A stretch of 64,000 nucleotides of DNA, from the NCBI GenBank assembly GCA_023701125.1, contig JAMPXO010000009.1:5264-69263 (forward strand). Reading direction: 5' to 3'. The notes under the pieces were generated by a model that worked only from the letters and a program-made list of their open reading frames with translations, had not been told where the DNA came from and made no database searches. This stretch comes from Vicinamibacteria bacterium (GTDB lineage: Bacteria; Acidobacteriota; Vicinamibacteria; Fen-336). The position numbers were made by a program, and so were the translations under genes. Position 1 is the stretch's first letter, and each line of letters starts with the position of its first letter. Of this stretch, positions 1 through 9,483 are shown in pieces.

Positions 1-1109
1 ACCATCTCGGGCGCATCCTCGCGGTTGGTCAGGTCGTCGGTCGCCAGCAGCGCATCGGCGGCAGGCAGGCCGTTGCGGCCGATGATGTTGTAGTGGTCGA
101 GCTGGAACGTGCCCGTGAAGGTGTCGTTCGGGCTCGGCTGCCAGGTCAGCTTGCTGTTGAAGCGCGGCGACACCTCGTTCAGCCGGGTGATCGCGCTGGC
201 CGGGTCCTGGTCGCGCTCGAAGCGCTGCACGGACAGGAAGTAGAACAGCTCGTCCTTCACCAGCGGGCCCGAGACCTGGCCCGTGAAGTCGAGCAGCTTG
301 TTGAGCTTGGGCGACGCCGCCAGCGACGGGTTCTGGGCGATCTGCGCAGGCGTCACGTTGTCGGTCGCGAGGCTGTCCTCGCTGTAGATGACGTCGAACA
401 GGCCGCCCATGCGGTTGCCGCCCGAGCGGGTGACGGTGTTGACGACCGCACCGGTGAACGAGCCGAACTCGGCGGGTGCGCCGATGCCGCTGACCTGCAC
501 CTCCTCGACGATGTTGAAGTTGAAGAAGGTCCAGGCCGAGCCGCCCTCCGGGTCGCGGGTGTCGACGCCGTCGAGCAGCAGCGCGTTGCCCGTGTCGCCG
601 TCACCGCCGAAGGCCGAGCCGCCGTTGATGCCGGGCAGGAAGTTCATCAGGCCGACCGCCGCATTGGTCGGGCGCACGGGCAGGTTGAACAGCAGGTCCT
701 GGCCGAGCTTCTGGTCGCTCGACGAGCTGCTGGTGTCGACCACCGGCGCCTCGCCGGTGACGGTGATCGTCTCGGCCATCTGGCCGACGCCGAGCACGAA
801 GTCGATCTCCGAGGTCTTGCCGATCGAGACCGGGATCGCCGTGCGACCCTTCGGCGTGAAGCCCGACAGCTCGGCCCGGACCTCGTAGCTGCCCGGGTCG
901 AGGCCGACGAAGCGGTAGGCGCCGGAGCCGTCCGTCGTGGCCTGGCGGCTGCCGGTCTTGCTGACCAGCACGACGGTGGCGCCGGGCAGCGCTCCGCCCT
1001 GCTCGTCCCTCACCAGGCCCGCGATCGATCCGGTCAGCGACTGGGCCAGTCCGGGCCAGGCCGCCGCCAGGATCGCGAGCGCCGCGAGGTATGTCCTCAT
1101 CTTGCGCAT
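1..1109 (-). CDS. TonB-dependent receptor-like outer membrane protein (partial, C-terminus beyond window); signal peptide, carboxypeptidase-regulatory-like domain and plug region
   Basis: Hand translation of the minus strand gives MRKMRTYLAALAILAAAWPGLAQS signal peptide, then SGAYRFVGLDPGSYEV (CarbopepD_reg-like) and ETITVTGEAPVVDT plug-like motifs. Not in the ORF track because it runs off the window edge. The + ORF 93..1181 is its antisense artefact. Confidence 0.7.
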   Translation of the reverse strand, partial: MRKMRTYLAALAILAAAWPGLAQSLTGSIAGLVRDEQGGALPGATVVLVSKTGSRQATTDGSGAYRFVGLDPGSYEVRAELSGFTPKGRTAIPVSIGKTSEIDFVLGVGQMAETITVTGEAPVVDTSSSSSDQKLGQDLLFNLPVRPTNAAVGLMNFLPGINGGSAFGGDGDTGNALLLDGVDTRDPEGGSAWTFFNFNIVEEVQVSGIGAPAEFGSFTGAVVNTVTRSGGNRMGGLFDVIYSEDSLATDNVTPAQIAQNPSLAASPKLNKLLDFTGQVSGPLVKDELFYFLSVQRFERDQDPASAITRLNEVSPRFNSKLTWQPSPNDTFTGTFQLDHYNIIGRNGLPAADALLATDDLTNREDAPEM

Positions 1110-1126
1110 GGGCTCTCCTTCTCTCC

Positions 1127-1459
1127 TCAGTTGCGAATCGGCGACTTGACGCGGTCGTTGTCAGCCGAGTACACGGTGTAGCCGGCGGCCGCGACCAGCA
1201 GGGTCAGCACGGCCACGCCCTTGCCGGACTTGAAGAAGCCCTTCTCCGTGCCGCTGGCCTGGGCCTGGGCCGGCGCCAGCGCGGCGGCGGGCAGCGCCGC
1301 GGCGGCCTTCACGCCCGCGGCGTGGGCCAGGGTCGGGGTTGCGGTTGCGGTTACGGCGACGGGCTCGGGGGCGGGCTCCGCAGCCAGGGCCCGGCTCGGC
1401 CCGACCACGGCGGCGAGCGCCAGCGCGCCCACGACGGCGGATCGCAATGACTTGCGCAT
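1127..1459 (-). CDS. small secreted or membrane-anchored hypothetical protein (about 110 aa)
   Basis: Internal ATG at 1459 is preceded by GGAGGA. N-terminal signal peptide MRKSLRSAVVGALALAAVVGPSRALA. C-terminal hydrophobic helix. Ala/Pro-rich low-complexity middle. Confidence 0.45.
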   Translation of the reverse strand: MRKSLRSAVVGALALAAVVGPSRALAAEPAPEPVAVTATATPTLAHAAGVKAAAALPAAALAPAQAQASGTEKGFFKSGKGVAVLTLLVAAAGYTVYSADNDRVKSPIRN

Positions 1460-1504
1460 TCGTCCTCCAGGACTCTGAACAGACGGCTTGAAAACAGGCA
1501 CGGC

Positions 1505-1978
1505 CTACGACTCCTCGGCCTCCGCGACCGCGACCAGCGCGTCCTGGGCGAGCGGGCGCTTCATCACGTACAGGCCCCACTGGTACAGCGCGCCGACCAC
1601 CGGCTTGAGCGACTCGCCGACGGGCGTCAGCGAGTAGCCGGTGCTTCGGCCCGCCTCGAAGCGCACCTCGCGCCGGACCAGCCCGAGGCGCTCCATCTCG
1701 GCCAGCTCGCGCCGCAGCGTCTTCTTGCTGATGCCGGCCGTCAGCCGCATCAGCTCGCAGAACGGCCGCGCGCCCCAGAACAGGTGCCAGACGATCAGCG
1801 GCTTGTAGCGACCCTCGAGCACGTCGAGCGCGACCTCGACGGGCGTGCGGCCCGCCGCGGCCGGAGCCTCGGCGCGGGGCGACGCGGATGCCGGCCGGCG
1901 CACGGGCGGCACGGCGGCCAGCACGGGCGGGACCCGGGGTGTCGGGTACGGGGGGCGCAGCGCGAATGCAGTCGCCAT
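1505..1978 (-). CDS. HxlR-family winged-helix transcriptional regulator
   Basis: CELMRLTAGISKKTLRRELAEMERLGLVRR HTH typical of HxlR/MarR-like. Start re-set to the internal ATG (MATAFAL). Confidence 0.7.
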   Translation of the reverse strand: MATAFALRPPYPTPRVPPVLAAVPPVRRPASASPRAEAPAAAGRTPVEVALDVLEGRYKPLIVWHLFWGARPFCELMRLTAGISKKTLRRELAEMERLGLVRREVRFEAGRSTGYSLTPVGESLKPVVGALYQWGLYVMKRPLAQDALVAVAEAEES

Positions 1979-2159
1979 CGTCTCTCCTCCGGTTCGCGGT
2001 TCAGCGGTGAACCCACGCTGCGCAACGCAGAGCTCCGCCACCATGAGAGCGGAGTGATCGCGGGATGAGCCGGACCTGAGGCCGGAACCCGCTCGAGGGA
2101 GAAGAGTTAGAAGGGAGGGGCTGGCGCCCCTTCACGTCTTGCTACAACTGCGACGGGGG

Positions 2160-2327
2160 TTCGGGGGCGGAGGAGCGTCCGTCCGCGACGGAGCCCCCGA
2201 GGGCCCGAGCGCCGGGCTCTGCCCGGCCCGAGCCGCCCGATCATCGTTCGGGGGCGGAGGAGCGTCCGTCCGCGACGGAGCCCCCGAGGGCCCGAGCGCC
2301 GGGCTCTGCCCGGCCCGAGCCGCCCGA
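2160..2327. repeat. tandem pair of 81-bp repeat units (period 87 bp), a diverged member of the dispersed REP-like family
   Basis: Units 2160-2240 and 2247-2327 are near-identical (GGGGGCGGAGGAGCGTCCGTCCGCGACGGAGCCCCCGAGGGCCC...). They share the GGGGGCGGAGGAG...GCCCCC core with the other loci. Confidence 0.8.
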
Positions 2328-3731
2328 CGGGTGCTCGAAGTAGTTCAAGCCGCTGGCTTCGCTCGCCCGGCGCAGCATCGACTCCGAGATCGCGTTCGCC
2401 TCGCTGACCAGCGCGCCGACGTCGAGGCCGCGGATCTCGCCGCCTTCGACCCGCACACAGCCGTTGACGATCGCCAGGTCCACGGGCGACGGCCAGGGAG
2501 AGAAGACGAGCGCCGCCAGCGGATCGGAGGACGCGCCGGCGTACGACAGCCGGCGGGTGTCGATGGCGATCAGGTCCGCAGCCTTGCCCGGCTCGAGGCT
2601 GCCGATGTCGTCGCGGCCGAGGCAGCGGGCGCCTCCGCGGGTCGCCATCCACAGCACCTCGCGGGCCGTCACCCACTTCGCCGTGTCCTCGACCAGCCGG
2701 TGGGCCAGCAGTGCCTGGCGCAGTTCGGCCAGCATGTTGGACGCGTCGTTGGAAGCCGAGCCGTCGACGCCGAGGCCGACCGGCACCCCCGCCTGGATCA
2801 TCTTCTTGACCGGCGCGATGCCGGAGCCGAGCCGGAAGTTCGAGGACGGGCAGTGGGCGACGCCCGTGCCGGTCTCGGCGAACAGCACGATCTCCTCGTC
2901 GTTCAGGTGCACGCAGTGAGCCAGCCACACGTCGTCGCCGAGCCAGCCCAGCCGGCGCAGGAACTCGACCGGGCGGCAGCCGTAGACCTCTGCGCAGTAG
3001 ACCTCTTCGTCCCGGGTCTCGGCCATGTGGGTGTGCAGCCGCACGCCGTGCTCGCGGGCCATGTCGAGGGTGCGCCTCATCAGGTCCTCGGAGACCGAGA
3101 ACGGCGCGCACGGCGCCAGCGCGATCCGCGTCATCGCCCGCGGCTTGGGGTCGTGGTGCTCGCGGATCAGCCGCAGGCAGTCGGCGAGGATCGTTTCCTC
3201 GTCCTGGCAGACGTCATCGGGCGGCAAGCCGCCCTGGCTCTGGCCGCGGCTCATCGAGCCGCGCGTCGGCTGGAAGCGCATGCCGACCTCGCGCGCCGCC
3301 TCGATCTCGACGTCGATGAAGCGCTCCTGGCCGCGCGGGAACAGGTAGAGGTGATCGGTCGTCGTCGTGCAGCCGGTCAGCAGCAACTCGGCCCAGCCCA
3401 CCCGCGCCGCGGCCCGCACCGCCTTCTGGTCCCAGTAGCGCCAGACCTGGTACAGCTCGGTCAGCCAGCGGAACAGCGGCGCCTCCTGCACCCGCGGCAC
3501 GTTGCGGGTCAGGATCTGCGGCACGTGGTGGTGGGTGTTGACGAAGCCGGGCAGCAGCACGCGGCCGCGCAGGTCGATCACGCGCGCGCCCGCCAGCCGG
3601 TCGGGCGGCGGCTCGCCTTCGCCCAGCGCCGTGATCGCGTCGCCGTCGACGCGGACCCAGGCGTCCTTCAGCACGCGTTGTGCGTCGTCCATCGTGGCGC
3701 ACAGCAGGGCGTTGCGCAGCAGCAGGCTCAT
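2241..3731 (-). CDS. amidohydrolase superfamily protein, 8-oxoguanine deaminase / guanine-deaminase-like
   Basis: LPGFVNTHHHVPQ metal-binding motif, HTHMAETRDE, GVDGSASND. 496 aa. The last roughly 29 codons are encoded by repeat unit B and the stop lies in the inter-unit spacer. Confidence 0.7.
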   Translation of the reverse strand: MSLLLRNALLCATMDDAQRVLKDAWVRVDGDAITALGEGEPPPDRLAGARVIDLRGRVLLPGFVNTHHHVPQILTRNVPRVQEAPLFRWLTELYQVWRYWDQKAVRAAARVGWAELLLTGCTTTTDHLYLFPRGQERFIDVEIEAAREVGMRFQPTRGSMSRGQSQGGLPPDDVCQDEETILADCLRLIREHHDPKPRAMTRIALAPCAPFSVSEDLMRRTLDMAREHGVRLHTHMAETRDEEVYCAEVYGCRPVEFLRRLGWLGDDVWLAHCVHLNDEEIVLFAETGTGVAHCPSSNFRLGSGIAPVKKMIQAGVPVGLGVDGSASNDASNMLAELRQALLAHRLVEDTAKWVTAREVLWMATRGGARCLGRDDIGSLEPGKAADLIAIDTRRLSYAGASSDPLAALVFSPWPSPVDLAIVNGCVRVEGGEIRGLDVGALVSEANAISESMLRRASEASGLNYFEHPSGGSGRAEPGARALGGSVADGRSSAPER

Positions 3732-3769
3732 CGATCGCTCCAGTGGGGGCGGCGCCCCGGCATCGGCCC

Positions 3770-4570
3770 CTAGCGGCCCTCGAACTTCGGGGCCCGTTTC
3801 TCCACGTGGGCCGCGAGGCCCTCGCGGGCGTCGGCCGAGAGGAACAACTGCTGCTGCAGCTCGCGTTCGAGGGCAAGGCCCTCCGCGAAGCTCGCCTCGC
3901 CGCCGCTGATCACGGCGCGCTTGATCAGGCCGATCGCCTTCGACGAGCGCTTCGGCGGGATCAGCTCGCGCACCCGCTCGTGGACGGCGGCCAGGAACGC
4001 ATCCGCGCTCCCGGCCTCGATCACGTCGTGGACGAGACCGGCCTCGCGGGCCGCGTCGAAGTCCATCAGCCGGCCGTGGGCCATCAGCTCGAACGCGCGG
4101 GCGCGGCCGAGCAGCCGCACCAGGCGCTGGGTGCCGCCGGTGCCGGGCAGCACGCCGAGGGCCACCTCGGGCAGCCCCAGCTTGCCGGCGCCGCGGCGCG
4201 CGATCCGCAGGTCGGCGGCGAGGGCCACCTCGAAGCCGCCGCCGACGGTGTGGCCGTTGAGCGCTGCCACCACCAGCTTGGGCGTCTGCTCCAGCCGCTG
4301 CAGGGTCTCGTTGGCGTGCAGGCAGAACGCGTACTTGAAGCCGGGCGTCGCCTTCTGGAGCATCTTGATGTCGGCGCCCGCGCAGAAGAACTTCTCGCCG
4401 GCCCCGCGCAGCACGATCGCGTGCACCGAGTCGTCCATGCGCGCATCGAGGATCGCCGCGTCCAGGGCCCGCAGCATGTCGTACGAGTAGGTGTTGGCCG
4501 GCGCGTCGTCGAGGGTCAGGGTGAAGATGCCGTCGGCCGTCTGGTCGCGGCGGATGAGGTTGTCGTTCAT
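3770..4570 (-). CDS. enoyl-CoA hydratase/isomerase (crotonase family)
   Basis: FCAGADIK oxyanion-hole motif, GGGFEVALAADLRIA. Start set at MNDNLIRR (ATG 4570). Confidence 0.8.
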   Translation of the reverse strand: MNDNLIRRDQTADGIFTLTLDDAPANTYSYDMLRALDAAILDARMDDSVHAIVLRGAGEKFFCAGADIKMLQKATPGFKYAFCLHANETLQRLEQTPKLVVAALNGHTVGGGFEVALAADLRIARRGAGKLGLPEVALGVLPGTGGTQRLVRLLGRARAFELMAHGRLMDFDAAREAGLVHDVIEAGSADAFLAAVHERVRELIPPKRSSKAIGLIKRAVISGGEASFAEGLALERELQQQLFLSADAREGLAAHVEKRAPKFEGR

Positions 4571-4626
4571 GGTTCGTTTCGATTCTAGCCTCGCGCTAGG
4601 ATCGGGAACTTCGCGGAGGGTTCGAC

Positions 4627-6270
4627 ATGCGCAAGCCGCCGCCAGCCGACGCGCCGCCCCCGGTGTCCACTGCCGGCTCGCTCTCGATCCGCCTCGGCTG
4701 CCCCAAGTGCGGCGCACCGGAGTCGATCGACGACGAGACCGTCAGCCTGCGCTGCGACCACTGCGGCTCGCTGCTGGTCGTCGCGGCCCCCGACCGCACC
4801 GAGGTCTACCTCGCGGAAGGCACGGTCGCCGAGCCCGCGGCGCTGCTGGAGACGCTGATCGAGTACCGCGTGCGGGCCCACCGCGCGGAAGTGATCCACC
4901 GTTACAAGGACAAGGACGGCAACCCGCCCCCGGAGATCTTCATCGCCGCCCAGCTCGCCCGCTTCGAGTCGAAGCTCCGCGAGCGCGCGCGGATGGTCGA
5001 GGCCCACCGCTTCTTCGTGCCCTACTGGCACGTCTCCGGGAAGATCGTGCAGGCCGTGCTCGGCCGCCGTGGCGACGGTCCCAAGTTGACCCGGGTGCGG
5101 GCCTTCGCGGTGGAGCACACCGTGCCCGGCTACGACGTCGCCCGCGCCAACCTGCGCGACAAGGGGCTGCGGCTCGCCCGCTCGCGAGTGAGGCCGCTGC
5201 TGGCCCAGGACGTCGCCGACCTGAAGGCGTTCGTCGAGGACGCGCCGCTCGCCGAGAGCTCGTGGCGCGAGATCGACCGCTACCGCGGGCGCGATCTCGA
5301 GCGCGGCATCGAATCCGTCGCGAAGAGCGGCCAGTTCCTGTTCCAGCACCGCGTGCTCGTCTATCGGCCCTACTGGGTGGCGCTCGCCGAGGCCGACAAG
5401 GGGCCGGAGTGGGTGCTGTTCGACGGCGGCTTCGGCACCGTCGCGGGCTATCCCGACGCGGCCGAGGCGCGCGCGCTGCGGCAGCAGGCCCGCCACGACC
5501 CGCTGGGCGCGGGCGAGGCCGCGTACCGCCGGATCGTCGTCGCCGCCTCGCGCTGTCCCGACTGCGGCCACGAGCAGGCCTTCGACCCGCGCGACCACGT
5601 TTCCGTGTGCCCCAACTGCCACCTCGCGCTGGAGCCGCGGCCCGCGGGCATCGCGGTCACCGGCTACGACCACGTCGTGCCGCAGACCGGGGCTTCGCTC
5701 GACGCCACGTACGTGCCCGTGTGGAGCTTCCCGTTCGAGCTGCGGATCGGCAAGGCCGCGCCGATCACCACTCTGCCCGCGTGGGGCCAGGCCGTGATCG
5801 CCGGTGGCCTGCCCGCGCCTGCCGCGCTGGCGGGCGACCGCCTCCACGTACCGGCGCTGCGGCTGCTCGGCACGGAGCCGGGCGACGAGGTGTTCAAGGC
5901 GATGGCCGAGTGGCTGCACCGCGACCCGCCGCGGGTGGCCGACGGCAAGCTGCCGCTCGGTGGCCGGCCGCGCTTCGTCGGTGCCGCGTTGTCCGAGGCC
6001 GAAGCCCGCGAGTTGGGCCCGTTCGTGCTGCTGGGCGCCTGCGGCAAGGCGGCGGCGGCCCGCCTCAATGCGATGGGCCTGAAGCGCGCGCTGTTCGACG
6101 CGGCGCTGAGCCTGGGCCCCGGCCGTCTCTTGATGCTGCCGTTCGCTCGCAACGCGGAGGGCGACCTCGCGGCCGGCGGCAACGCGGTTCGCGTCCCACG
6201 CCTGCTGCTCGAAGGCGGCGAAGCGCTGGAGCAGATGCGGGCGACGGTCTGGAGCGAGGCCGCGAAGTAG
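4627..6270 (+). CDS. hypothetical protein with two Cys4 zinc-ribbon motifs
   Basis: CPKCG..CDHCG and CPDCG..CPNCH pairs. Coherent codon bias. No recognisable catalytic domain. Confidence 0.6.
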   Translation: MRKPPPADAPPPVSTAGSLSIRLGCPKCGAPESIDDETVSLRCDHCGSLLVVAAPDRTEVYLAEGTVAEPAALLETLIEYRVRAHRAEVIHRYKDKDGNPPPEIFIAAQLARFESKLRERARMVEAHRFFVPYWHVSGKIVQAVLGRRGDGPKLTRVRAFAVEHTVPGYDVARANLRDKGLRLARSRVRPLLAQDVADLKAFVEDAPLAESSWREIDRYRGRDLERGIESVAKSGQFLFQHRVLVYRPYWVALAEADKGPEWVLFDGGFGTVAGYPDAAEARALRQQARHDPLGAGEAAYRRIVVAASRCPDCGHEQAFDPRDHVSVCPNCHLALEPRPAGIAVTGYDHVVPQTGASLDATYVPVWSFPFELRIGKAAPITTLPAWGQAVIAGGLPAPAALAGDRLHVPALRLLGTEPGDEVFKAMAEWLHRDPPRVADGKLPLGGRPRFVGAALSEAEARELGPFVLLGACGKAAAARLNAMGLKRALFDAALSLGPGRLLMLPFARNAEGDLAAGGNAVRVPRLLLEGGEALEQMRATVWSEAAK

Positions 6271-6291
6271 GGCGTCGCGCGCTCGCGTCCT

Positions 6292-7242
6292 CTAGCGAAG
6301 TTCCTTGACCGTCGAGCCGCCCTGGACGCGAGCGGTGAACGACTCGCCGACCGCGAGCTGCTGCCAGCGCTCGCAGCCGAGGTCGGAGCGGTAGGTGCGG
6401 CTGGCGCCCTTCAGCACCGCGATGCACTCTTCCTTGCGCGCGCCCTCGCGCTCGTTCCGGTCCAGGTCGAGCTGCGGCCAGTAGCGTTCTTCGCCGCCCG
6501 GGCCGTCGGCCTTCTCGGTGCGCACCGTGACCCAGCGCTCGACCTCCCACGCCGCGCGCGTGTCCTTCACCTCGCGCTCGTCGTAGACGGGCTGGTCCTC
6601 GTAGACGTCCTCGAAGAAGCCGTTGCCCTTGTCGCGGACGCCGGTCTTGACCCGCTCGGTGCCGACCTGCACGCGCTCGGTCGAGCGTACCGCCTGCCAG
6701 CGGTTCAGGACCCGGGCGCCGCTCGGGCGCTCGTCGAGCCAGCCCTCCTCGCGCACCGTCTGCAGCGCCTCGACGTCGATGCTGCGCGACCACTCGAGGT
6801 TCTCGACGGTGACGGGCTCGTCGCTCTCGCGGAATGCGAAGTAACCGAGGCCGGCGCAGAACGCCAGGCCGAGCAGCAGCAGCCCGACGACCCACTTGAA
6901 GCAGCCCGAGGATGAAGCGGCCGGCGCCGGCATCGCGGGCACCGGGCCTGCCAGCGGGATCTCCTTCACCTCGCGGGCGCGCGCCTGCTCCCGTTCGGCG
7001 CCGCACTGCTTGCACTTCTTCTCGAGCGCCGGGTTGGAGGTGGAGCAGTACTCGCAGAGCCACTCCGCGCCCGCCTCGGCCCGGCGCAGCAGCTCGGCGT
7101 CGGTGACCTCCGCCGCGTCCTCCTCGAGGAAGAACGTGACGTTCTCGTCGCGGGTCGCCCCGCAGCCCAGGCACGCGAGCTGGGAGCCGCGCTCGACCCG
7201 CCCGCAGTTCGTGCAACGCCACTTGCCTTCCCGAATCGCCAT
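6292..7242 (-). CDS. membrane protein with N-terminal double zinc ribbon and a periplasmic charged domain
   Basis: WRCTNCG..CLGCG and CEYCS..CKQCG ribbons, one TM helix (WVVGLLLLGLAFCAGLGYFAF), Glu/Arg-rich C-terminal domain. Confidence 0.6.
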   Translation of the reverse strand: MAIREGKWRCTNCGRVERGSQLACLGCGATRDENVTFFLEEDAAEVTDAELLRRAEAGAEWLCEYCSTSNPALEKKCKQCGAEREQARAREVKEIPLAGPVPAMPAPAASSSGCFKWVVGLLLLGLAFCAGLGYFAFRESDEPVTVENLEWSRSIDVEALQTVREEGWLDERPSGARVLNRWQAVRSTERVQVGTERVKTGVRDKGNGFFEDVYEDQPVYDEREVKDTRAAWEVERWVTVRTEKADGPGGEERYWPQLDLDRNEREGARKEECIAVLKGASRTYRSDLGCERWQQLAVGESFTARVQGGSTVKELR

Positions 7243-7292
7243 ACCGGGGGCGAACGCTACGAGCGGAACGGCCGCGGGTCAAGGCGCCGGCC

Positions 7293-7544
7293 TCAGGCGG
7301 GGCCGGGCTCCAACAGCGCTCGCAACGTGGCCTCGTCGACGCGGTGGCGGGCGAGTTCGTGCCCGTCCCGCATCAGCACGGGGATCTCGAAGATGTAGCG
7401 CCGCTCGAGCTCGGGGTCGTCGGCCACGTCGACCTCCTGCAGCGGCAGCCCCAGCGGACCCGCGACAGCGAGCACGACGGCGCGCATCTCGTCGCAGAGG
7501 TGGCAGCCGGGTCGGCCCACCAGCACGAGCGGGCTCCGGCTCAC
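7293..7544 (-). CDS. glutaredoxin-like protein (DUF836/YruB-type thioredoxin fold)
   Basis: PGCHLCDEM active-site-like CxxC near the N-terminus. 83 aa. Confidence 0.6.
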   Translation of the reverse strand: MSRSPLVLVGRPGCHLCDEMRAVVLAVAGPLGLPLQEVDVADDPELERRYIFEIPVLMRDGHELARHRVDEATLRALLEPGPA

Positions 7545-7725
7545 GACCGCGCCGTCGCCCCAGCCGCGGCCCGGGGCAGGATCCTGGCGCGGACGGGCGA
7601 GAGGATGAAGGGGCTCGCGGCGCGCGGCGCGCCCCCAGGGGCCGAAGCGGTCGCAGCCATGGAGCGATCAGGTTAACAACGCGCGGCCGCGGCGGGCAAG
7701 GCGATCCCCCGACCGAGCGGCTAGA

Positions 7726-9483
7726 ATGCGCCCTTCGATGGCCTGGGGAGTGCAAACCGCGCTCGCCGCCCTGCCGGTGCAGCCGGCGGCGGCGCTCCGA
7801 AGATCGTGGGCCGAAGGCTACGGAGCGCCCCAACTCAAGGCCGACGCGATGGCCGGCGCCGTGGTCGGTATCGTGGCGCTGCCGCTGTCGATGGCGCTGG
7901 CGATCGCCTCCGGCGTCGCCCCCCAGCACGGGCTCTACACCGCGATCGTGTCCGGCTTCCTGATCGCGCTGCTCGGCGGCTCGCGGGTCCAGGTCTCGGG
8001 CCCGACCGCGGCCTTCGTCGTGATCCTGGCCCCGATCGCCACCCGCCACGGCCTCGGCGGCCTGCTGGTGGCCACCGTGCTCGCCGGCCTGATGCTGATG
8101 GCGATGGGCCTCGCCCGCTTCGGCAAGCTGATCGAGTTCGTGCCGTACCCCGTCACCACCGGCTTCACTGCCGGCATCGCAGTCGTGATCGCGACCCTGC
8201 AGGTGCGCGATTTCCTGGGCCTCGACGTGGCGAAGATGCCCGAGCACTTCCCCGAGCGGGTCGCAGCCCTGTTCCACGCGCTGCCGACCGCCCACCTCTC
8301 GGACGTCGTGATCGGCGGGCTGACGCTGGCCATCCTGCTGCTGTGGCCGCAGGCCTTCCGCCAGGTGCCGGCGCCGCTGGTCGCGCTGCCGCTGGCGATC
8401 GTCGCCGCCGCGCTGATCCAGAAGCTGATCCCCGGCATGCACGCGGCGACCATCGCCGACCGATTCGCCTACGACGCCGGCGGCGGCCTGATGGCGCCCG
8501 GCATCCCGCGCCTGCCGCCGCTGCCCGGCCTGCCGTGGAACTTCCCCGGCGGCGACGGCGCGCCGCTCGGCCTCGACTTCGCGCTGATCCGCGACCTCGC
8601 CCCGTCCGCGTTCGCGATCGCGATGCTGGGCGCGATCGAGTCGCTGCTCTCGGCGGTCGTGGCGGACGGCATGACCGGCCACAAGCACGACCCCGACGCC
8701 GAGCTGTTCGCCCAGGGCGTGGGCAACCTGGTCGGCCCGTTCCTGGGCGGCTTCGCGGCCACGGGCGCGATCGCGCGCACCGCGACCAACATCCGCTCCG
8801 GTGCGAAGACCCCCGTCGCCGCCATGATCCACGCGCTGATCGTGCTGGCGGCGGTCGTGCTGCTGGCCCCGCTGCTCGGCATGCTGCCGATGGCCGCGCT
8901 CGCCGCGCTGCTGTTTGTGGTGGCGTGGAACATGAGCGAGGCCAAGCACTTCGGCCACACGCTGCGGGCCGCGCCGCGGGCCGACGTGATCGTGCTGCTG
9001 CTCTGCTTCGGGCTGACCGTGGTCTTCGACATGGTGGTCTCGGTGACGGTCGGCGTGCTGCTCGCCTCGCTGCTGTTCATGAAGCGGATGGCCGAGGTCA
9101 GCGGCGTGCGACTGGTCGAGCCCGACGAGCACCCGCGCGGCGAGCCGCTGCCGCGCGGCGTGCTGCTGTACGAGGTGGCCGGCCCACTGTTCTTCGGCGC
9201 GGCGCAGAAGGCGATGAGCGCGCTGGAGACCGTCAACCCCGGCGTGCGGGTGGTGCTGCTCGACCTGCGCGCCGTGCCGGCGATGGACGCCACCGCGATG
9301 GTCAACCTGGAGTCCGCGTTCGAGCGCCTGCACCGCCACGAGGTGCTGATCGTGCTCGGCGGCGTGCAGCCGCAGCCGCTGCGGGCGATGGCCCGCGCCG
9401 GCTGGAGCGGCCGCAAGGGCCGGCTGCTGATCTACCGCTCGTGGGACAAGGCGGTCGCCGAGGTGCGGCAGGCTTTCGGATGA
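7726..9483 (+). CDS. SulP-family anion (sulfate/bicarbonate) transporter with C-terminal STAS domain
   Basis: Polytopic membrane N-terminus typical of SulP (GLYTAIVSGF..GGSRVQVSGPTAAFVV). C-terminal STAS-like region (VVLLDLRAVPAMDATA). Confidence 0.85.
   Translation: MRPSMAWGVQTALAALPVQPAAALRRSWAEGYGAPQLKADAMAGAVVGIVALPLSMALAIASGVAPQHGLYTAIVSGFLIALLGGSRVQVSGPTAAFVVILAPIATRHGLGGLLVATVLAGLMLMAMGLARFGKLIEFVPYPVTTGFTAGIAVVIATLQVRDFLGLDVAKMPEHFPERVAALFHALPTAHLSDVVIGGLTLAILLLWPQAFRQVPAPLVALPLAIVAAALIQKLIPGMHAATIADRFAYDAGGGLMAPGIPRLPPLPGLPWNFPGGDGAPLGLDFALIRDLAPSAFAIAMLGAIESLLSAVVADGMTGHKHDPDAELFAQGVGNLVGPFLGGFAATGAIARTATNIRSGAKTPVAAMIHALIVLAAVVLLAPLLGMLPMAALAALLFVVAWNMSEAKHFGHTLRAAPRADVIVLLLCFGLTVVFDMVVSVTVGVLLASLLFMKRMAEVSGVRLVEPDEHPRGEPLPRGVLLYEVAGPLFFGAAQKAMSALETVNPGVRVVLLDLRAVPAMDATAMVNLESAFERLHRHEVLIVLGGVQPQPLRAMARAGWSGRKGRLLIYRSWDKAVAEVRQAFG

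Noticed and set aside
93-1181. 362-aa + strand ORF in the track
   Set aside because: Arg/Ala/Gly-rich nonsense composition. It lies antisense to a clear TonB-dependent receptor gene with a signal peptide on the minus strand.
2160-2327. Tandem repeats as a CRISPR array
   Set aside because: Only 2 to 3 units, separated by 0 to 6 bp with no unique spacers. The unit is about 84 bp and the same element occurs singly elsewhere. No cas genes.
2139-3773. 544-aa + ORF and other long ORFs overlapping the amidohydrolase gene (2107..3111-, 3214..3876-)
   Set aside because: High-GC antisense or alternate-frame artefacts. Only the minus-frame amidohydrolase has recognisable motifs.
4491-6308. 605-aa + ORF and 444-aa - ORF overlapping 4627..6270
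   Set aside because: Low-complexity R/G/P-rich translations. The 547-aa frame has protein-like composition and zinc-ribbon motifs.
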